From NCBI GenBank assembly GCA_947630855.1, contig CANRJF010000002.1:1112-65111 (forward strand): a DNA stretch of 64,000 bases, written 5' to 3'. Positions 58,886-64,000 of this stretch are shown here, piece after piece (the stretch's first letter is position 1; every line of letters starts with the position of its first letter). Made by a program: the position numbers and the translations under genes. The notes below the pieces were generated by a model that was given only the letters and a program-made list of their open reading frames with translations, made no database searches and was not told the origin of the DNA. The DNA is from an uncultured Lachnospiraceae bacterium. Its GTDB lineage: Bacteria; Bacillota; Clostridia; Lachnospirales; Lachnospiraceae.

Positions 58886-60091
58886 ATGGAAAATTTTACA
58901 TATTACACGCCCACTAAAGTGATTTTCGGGAAAGATACAGAAAAACAAATTGGATTACTGTTAAAAGAGCAGGGATGTAAAAAAGTGCTGCTGCACTACG
59001 GCAGTAACAGCGCCATAAGAAGCGGCCTGCTCAACCGTATTGAAGTATTGTTGTTAGAAACAGGAATCTCTTTTGTATCCTTAAACGGCGTAAAGCCCAA
59101 TCCCAGGCTGTCCCTTGTACGGGAAGGGATTGAACTGTGCAAGAAATCCGGTGTTGACTTTATACTCGCCATTGGCGGGGGAAGCGTCATAGATTCTGCA
59201 AAGGCCATTGGATATGGCGTGGCAAATGAAGGGGATGTGTGGGATTTTTATGCGAGGAAACGCACACCCGCCCGCTGTCTTCCTATCGGCGCAATCCTTA
59301 CCATTGCCGCGGCAGGAAGCGAAATGAGCAATTCTTCCGTCATTACCAATGAAGACGGCTGGCTGAAGCGGGGATGCAAATCCGACATCTGCCGGTGTAA
59401 ATTTGCCATTATGAATCCGGAACTCACATTTACCCTGCCGGAATATCAGACCGCCTGCGGCTGCGTGGATATTATTATGCACACCATGGAACGCTATTTC
59501 AACCAGTCGGACAACATGGAGTTGACGGACGGAATCAGCGAAGCCTTAATGCGGGATGTGATGAAATATGCAAAAATTTTAAAAAGAGACCCCACCGACT
59601 ACCGGGCAAGGGCAGAAGTTATGTGGGCAAGTTCCCTTTCCCACAACGGCCTTACAGGATGCGGCACAGACGGAGGAGACTGGGCAGCCCATCAGTTGGA
59701 ACACGAGTTAGGGGGCATGTTTGACGTAGCCCACGGAGCCGGCCTTGCCGCCATATGGGGGAGCCTTGCACGTTATATCTACAAGAAAAATCCCCTGCGT
59801 TTCGCCGAATTTGCAGTGAGAGTACATAACATTACCCCATCCCGAGAAGATTTGTCTTCCCTTCCCTCCGAGGAAATTGATGCATTGGCTCTGGCAGGAA
59901 TCAAAGCCATGGAAAATTTTTACCATTCCATTGATATGCCCACATCCCTTGGTGAGCTGGGCATCAGTGTAACAGACGCCCAAATTGAGGAATTGGCGGA
60001 AAAATGCACTTTTGGACAGACAAGAACCATCGGCATTATTAAAAAACTGAATAAACAGGATATTATCAATATTTATCAGGCTGCACGATAA
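58886..60091 (+). CDS. iron-containing alcohol dehydrogenase (butanol dehydrogenase/YqhD-like)
   Basis: 401 aa; ILAIGGGSVIDSAKAI, and the His cluster HQLEHELGGMFDVAHGAGLA. Confidence 0.85.
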   Translation: MENFTYYTPTKVIFGKDTEKQIGLLLKEQGCKKVLLHYGSNSAIRSGLLNRIEVLLLETGISFVSLNGVKPNPRLSLVREGIELCKKSGVDFILAIGGGSVIDSAKAIGYGVANEGDVWDFYARKRTPARCLPIGAILTIAAAGSEMSNSSVITNEDGWLKRGCKSDICRCKFAIMNPELTFTLPEYQTACGCVDIIMHTMERYFNQSDNMELTDGISEALMRDVMKYAKILKRDPTDYRARAEVMWASSLSHNGLTGCGTDGGDWAAHQLEHELGGMFDVAHGAGLAAIWGSLARYIYKKNPLRFAEFAVRVHNITPSREDLSSLPSEEIDALALAGIKAMENFYHSIDMPTSLGELGISVTDAQIEELAEKCTFGQTRTIGIIKKLNKQDIINIYQAAR

Positions 60092-60122
60092 AAATTCTTT
60101 TGGTTTAGAAAGGAGAAACAAT

Positions 60123-60494
60123 ATGAATATCATAAGCACAACAAAGGCACCGGGGGCTATCGGCCCATATTCCCAGGGATATGAAGTAAACGGCTTTATA
60201 TTTACTTCCGGCCAGATTCCCATTGTTCCGGAAACCGGAAACATTGTTTCGGGAGGCATTGAAGAGCAGACGGAACAAAGCTGTAAAAATATAGGCGCCA
60301 TTTTACAATCTGCGGGAAGCGATTTTGAAAACGTGGTGAAAACCACCTGTTTTCTTGCAAACATGGACGATTTTTCCGCATTTAATCAGGTTTATGCCAA
60401 ATACTTTATCTCAAAACCCGCGCGAAGCTGCGTTGCGGTAAAAGAACTTCCCAAAGGGGTTCTCTGTGAGATTGAAGCCATCGCCATAAAGTAA
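60123..60494 (+). CDS. ridA: RidA-family reactive-intermediate deaminase
   Basis: 123 aa; APGAIGPYSQG...PARSCVAVKELPKGVLCEIEAIA. Confidence 0.85.
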   Translation: MNIISTTKAPGAIGPYSQGYEVNGFIFTSGQIPIVPETGNIVSGGIEEQTEQSCKNIGAILQSAGSDFENVVKTTCFLANMDDFSAFNQVYAKYFISKPARSCVAVKELPKGVLCEIEAIAIK

Positions 60495-60607
60495 AAACTT
60501 TCACAGTTAGAATCTGTACAATCGAGCAGGGGAGGGTTATCGACCCTGCTCGCTGTGCGGGCCGTGTGCTGCGTCAGCAGCTATTTTCTCTGCACGGTTC
60601 TGCACAC

Positions 60608-60639
60608 AAAAAAATCCCCATTTTTATGGGGATTTTTTT
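60608..60639. terminator. bidirectional rho-independent terminator
   Basis: AAAAAAATCCCCATTTTTATGGGGATTTTTTT. The stem ATCCCCA/TGGGGAT is flanked by A and T runs. Confidence 0.8.
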
Positions 60640-60640
60640 C

Positions 60641-61576
60641 TTATACTGTTTTATCAACCACAAGACCCTTTAATTCTTCCATCATCAATTTCTGCTCTTC
60701 TAAAAGCTGTTTCATCTCTGACTGGATATCGGCATTAATATCGTCACCCTTTGTCATCTGCTGGGTCAGTTCTTCCACATTTTCCCTGACAGCCTCCGCC
60801 TGAGCTTCGCTTTCGGACTTGTTCTCCTTGGCAGCTTCCACGCGTTCTTCCAGTTCTTCCTTCTCTTCTTCCCGCTTCTCTGCCTCTTCTTTTGTCTCCT
60901 CTGCCTTCTCGTCAATCTTATCCTTGGCATCCTGTACAACCATGCCCATGATTTCCTTGGAAGCTGCCTGCATCAGTTCCTCTTTGGATTTCTGGGCATC
61001 TATCATGCCATGCTCCTCAAGCCGGGAAATCTGAATCTGACGTGCGCCTGCCGTCTCCCCGCTGGCTTTAAGTTTTAACTTTTCCGCCTCCTTATAATCA
61101 TAATCCCTGGTTTTATACAGTTCAAGAGCCCTCTTCTGATATTCGGTAGGTTCTCCCATCATAGCCCGACGTTCCTGCTCCTCTTCTGTCAGCGGTTCAA
61201 GCCTCTGCTCCTTTAAAAGCAGTTCCAAATCCTTCTGCTCCTGGCTGCCTTCCTCCACGTTATATGATTCCTGCATCTTAGCAAGCTGCTTGTCAATATC
61301 AGCCATCTCTTTTTGATATTCATCCACCTGGGCTATATATTCTTTTGCCCTGTCTCTGGCATCCTGGATAAGCTTATCCACTTTCCGTTCCACCGCATCT
61401 GCATCCTGCACTATCTTATTTCCCTGCTTCGCATAAAGCTGGCGTTTCTGCTCAATCCGCTCCCGCATGGTCATATTATTACTGCCAAAAAGGTTCCCCG
61501 CAAACAGGGTATTTTTGTTCTGGCTCTGGTTTATGTTCCCATTCATATTGCCATTTACATTAATACTAACACTCAT
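60641..61576 (-). CDS. hypothetical Glu/Lys-rich coiled-coil protein with Asn/Gly-rich N-terminus
   Basis: 311-aa ORF. No recognisable domain. Confidence 0.6.
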   Translation of the reverse strand: MSVSINVNGNMNGNINQSQNKNTLFAGNLFGSNNMTMRERIEQKRQLYAKQGNKIVQDADAVERKVDKLIQDARDRAKEYIAQVDEYQKEMADIDKQLAKMQESYNVEEGSQEQKDLELLLKEQRLEPLTEEEQERRAMMGEPTEYQKRALELYKTRDYDYKEAEKLKLKASGETAGARQIQISRLEEHGMIDAQKSKEELMQAASKEIMGMVVQDAKDKIDEKAEETKEEAEKREEEKEELEERVEAAKENKSESEAQAEAVRENVEELTQQMTKGDDINADIQSEMKQLLEEQKLMMEELKGLVVDKTV

Positions 61577-61739
61577 ATTCCTTTGCCTCCTTGCAAAATT
61601 TGATTGAAATCCCTTCCTGATTATGTTATATATATCGGCATTATTTTCCCTGCCATTTACATCGTTTCACAGCAAAAAATAGGCGTTTTATGCAATATTA
61701 CGTTTTTTCCCACACAGATTTCACAATCCTGTAATTAGT

Positions 61740-63827
61740 TTATAGAAACAGGGTTTTCCAAATAAGGTACATTAATGTAAACACCAGTCCCACATAAAAC
61801 AACAGCAACCCAAAAGATAAGCTTCTGCGGATAATTGTGTTTGTTTCTATAATCTTTTCCCTCTGCATGGCAAGCTTGTGCTTATAGGAAACTTCATACG
61901 CCGGAACCGGCTTTTTTTGTACCCTGCGTTTTACACAACGTCCAAAATCCAATATTTCTCCAAGACCGTAAGTAAACACGGAGCCTTCCTCCAGCTCGTG
62001 GGGAATCTTTCTCTCTTTGTATACGGTTTTCTTTAACAGCAAGACAACACTGTCCACAGCACTGTCTAAAACCCTGCATACCGTACCGGACAAAAAAGGC
62101 AGTATCTTAAGAAGCACCGGACGGTAAATCATATTTTCCACATCAAACCATTCCGGCCAGCAATCCCTGTAAACATGGCTTCCCTCCTGATTCTCCATCA
62201 AAAATCTGCGAATAAGAAGATAGAGAATCACGCCGATTGCAATAGAAATTAATCCGCCTTTTAAGTTTTGCAAACTGAAATAGGAAACAATGTGGGCCTC
62301 TCCTGCAAAATGCATAAAACCATGGCCCATATCTGCAATCCTGTCTGTAATAAGATGGGGCAGTACTCCCAGCAAAGGAAGAATCACCGCACTTACTCCA
62401 ATGGCAATCATGCCCAAAACGCCTATATATGGTTTTTTCTCATCATATTCCCTCTGAAGCACAAGGCTTTTGTTTTCTTCCACAAAAATGGCAATGTACA
62501 GCTTCGTCATATAGGCAAGGGTCATACCGCCGCTGATTAAAAATACCCATTCGGAAAATTTCAAAAATCCGGCGGCAGAACTGTTTCCCAACTCTGCCAG
62601 CATTTCCGTGCCCTCCACAATGCTTTCATGAAGAAGCGTCTTACTAATATATCCGTTAAACAGAGGAATTCCTGCAATTCCCAATACACCTGCTAAGAAT
62701 GTAAACTTCAAAAAAGGTTTCTTCCTGCCGTATCCTTGAATATCATTCAGATTTAATTTATGAATATTCATCACCACCACACCAGCAATCATAAACAATA
62801 CCAATTTTATTAAAGAATGATTTAACATGTGCAATAATGTGCCGCGGATTGCCAGACCGTTTTCTTCCCCCAATATACACTGCATACCGATTCCCACCAG
62901 GATAAAACCAATCTGGGACATGGAAGAACATGCAAGGGTACGTTTTAAATCTACGGAAAATACGGCAAGCATTGCCCCTCCAAACATGGTAAACAGCCCC
63001 AACACCAGCAGCAGCATTCCCCATGGCTTATCGTAAAGGAAAATATTACAGCTTACCACCAGAATCCCAAAAATACCGGACTTCGTTAAAATACCGGACA
63101 AAAGTGCGGAAGCCGGCGCCGGAGCTACCGGATGGGCCTTCGGAAGCCATATATGCAGGGGAAAAGCACCTGCCTTTGCCCCGAATCCTACAAGGGTACA
63201 AATCCCTGCAATATATAATCCTGTTTTATTTTCACAGCCTGCTGCCGCCGTCAGCAGGGATGACATTTCCAATGTCCCCAGCATCTCATACAGCATAAAC
63301 AGCCCCATAAGCATTACCATACCTCCAAGGACTGCCACGGCAAGATATGTTTCCGCCGCCCGCAGGGCTCCCTTTGTCTCCTCCTGGGCTACCCACACAT
63401 AGGAAGTAAAGGACATAATCTCAAAGCAAATGAAAGTGGTAAACAAATCCGAGGAAAGGAATACCCCCATCGTGGCTCCCAGCGTCATAAGCTGGAAAAG
63501 GTAATAACGGTCTGTATGTTCTTCATGTGCCATATATTCCTTGGAAAAAAGCAGGGTCATCATCCACATAAAGGCTGCCACCAGCCCATACACACATCGA
63601 AAACCTTCCAGTGTAAAATGAAGTCCCATGCCGCACACGCCGGGCACATACAAATCTCCCGTCCCAAGAACAAGGGCAGCATAAAGCATCAAAACAAACT
63701 CAGCAATTCCTGTGCCAATAGCGATTACCACGCCTTCCATCTTTGTCCTGCTTCCCAGCACATAAGCCGCTGCCGCCAGAACCATAGGAAATAATACAAG
63801 AATCAGCAATATTACATTTCCTTCCAT
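61740..63827 (-). CDS. proton-conducting membrane transporter subunit (NuoL/MrpA/MrpD family)
   Basis: 695 aa polytopic protein with typical blocks (WLPKAHPVAPAPASALLSG, SSMSQIGFI). Confidence 0.8.
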   Translation of the reverse strand: MEGNVILLILVLFPMVLAAAAYVLGSRTKMEGVVIAIGTGIAEFVLMLYAALVLGTGDLYVPGVCGMGLHFTLEGFRCVYGLVAAFMWMMTLLFSKEYMAHEEHTDRYYLFQLMTLGATMGVFLSSDLFTTFICFEIMSFTSYVWVAQEETKGALRAAETYLAVAVLGGMVMLMGLFMLYEMLGTLEMSSLLTAAAGCENKTGLYIAGICTLVGFGAKAGAFPLHIWLPKAHPVAPAPASALLSGILTKSGIFGILVVSCNIFLYDKPWGMLLLVLGLFTMFGGAMLAVFSVDLKRTLACSSMSQIGFILVGIGMQCILGEENGLAIRGTLLHMLNHSLIKLVLFMIAGVVVMNIHKLNLNDIQGYGRKKPFLKFTFLAGVLGIAGIPLFNGYISKTLLHESIVEGTEMLAELGNSSAAGFLKFSEWVFLISGGMTLAYMTKLYIAIFVEENKSLVLQREYDEKKPYIGVLGMIAIGVSAVILPLLGVLPHLITDRIADMGHGFMHFAGEAHIVSYFSLQNLKGGLISIAIGVILYLLIRRFLMENQEGSHVYRDCWPEWFDVENMIYRPVLLKILPFLSGTVCRVLDSAVDSVVLLLKKTVYKERKIPHELEEGSVFTYGLGEILDFGRCVKRRVQKKPVPAYEVSYKHKLAMQREKIIETNTIIRRSLSFGLLLFYVGLVFTLMYLIWKTLFL

Positions 63828-63851
63828 CTGTATCTCCTTTCCTGCCCGAAA

Positions 63852-64000
63852 CTAAAACTGTCCCTGGGCAATCCTTAAAAACAAATCTACAAAAGGCGCC
63901 GAATGTAATCCGAAAATAAACATCCCTGCAACAAAAATCACTAACGGTACAATCATCATCCAGTTTGGGTCTTTTACATCCGAAATAGATTCATAATCAA
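63852..64000 (-). CDS. membrane subunit, C-terminal end only (gene continues past window end)
   Basis: Hand translation gives ...DYESISDVKDPNWMMIVPLVIFVAGMFIFGLHSAPFVDLFLRIAQGQF followed by a TAG at 63852-63854. Confidence 0.5.
   Translation of the reverse strand, partial: DYESISDVKDPNWMMIVPLVIFVAGMFIFGLHSAPFVDLFLRIAQGQF

Noticed and set aside
59708-60364. 218-aa minus-strand ORF
   Set aside because: It is antisense to the alcohol dehydrogenase and ridA genes, both of which have clear family motifs.
60523-60607. GC-rich palindromic stretch after ridA (CGAGCAGGG...CCCTGCTCG and further GC pairings)
   Set aside because: It is probably only a terminator or stabiliser structure upstream of the clear bidirectional terminator at 60608-60639. 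Nothing suggests more than that.

Overview
The window looks like a low-GC Gram-positive chromosome, Clostridia/Lachnospiraceae-like judging by protein sequences and gene order; this was not checked against any database. It divides into three blocks.

(1) 1-9.5 kb is the edge of a contractile-injection (eCIS / phage-tail-like) locus on the minus strand. It carries a sheath gene, two tube paralogues, a chaperone-like ORF pair with a candidate -1 frameshift site, and a Lys/Glu-rich ORF that runs off the window. Divergent from it on the plus strand are a large STAND-NTPase/TPR/SARP regulator and an Afp15/Pvc15-type AAA+ gene. Three frame breaks in the plus-strand genes each fall on a poly-A run. 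A 21-bp inverted-repeat pair brackets 115 bp just upstream of the AAA+ gene.

(2) About 9.5-26.6 kb is a visibly AT-rich island next to the 3' end of rlmD (rumA). It holds gene fragments (RhuM, AlbA_2), an AlbA_2/HATPase_c_4 cassette, and a tightly packed nine-gene minus-strand operon running from 24711 down to 13012: HTH, SNF2 helicase, small membrane protein, DUF4391-like, DUF2971-like, Type III Mod, Type III Res, a 281-aa protein with an Rx5H motif, and a YdbC/PC4-like ssDNA binder. The island ends in a decayed ParB-relaxase remnant. No integrase is visible.

(3) 26.6-64 kb is core genome: rlmD, yhaM, an htrA-like protease, an orphan BMP binding protein plus MCP, mutS2, a two-component system, lgt, and the complete S10-spc-alpha ribosomal cluster (rpsJ to rplQ, minus strand). 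After that come a SAM methyltransferase, a second MCP, an Fe-alcohol dehydrogenase, ridA, a coiled-coil protein and Nuo/Mrp-type membrane subunits. Three ribosomal-cluster spacers are unusually long (192, 248 and 338 nt), and two of them carry a shared tandem-repeat family.

No tRNA, rRNA or CRISPR array was seen.
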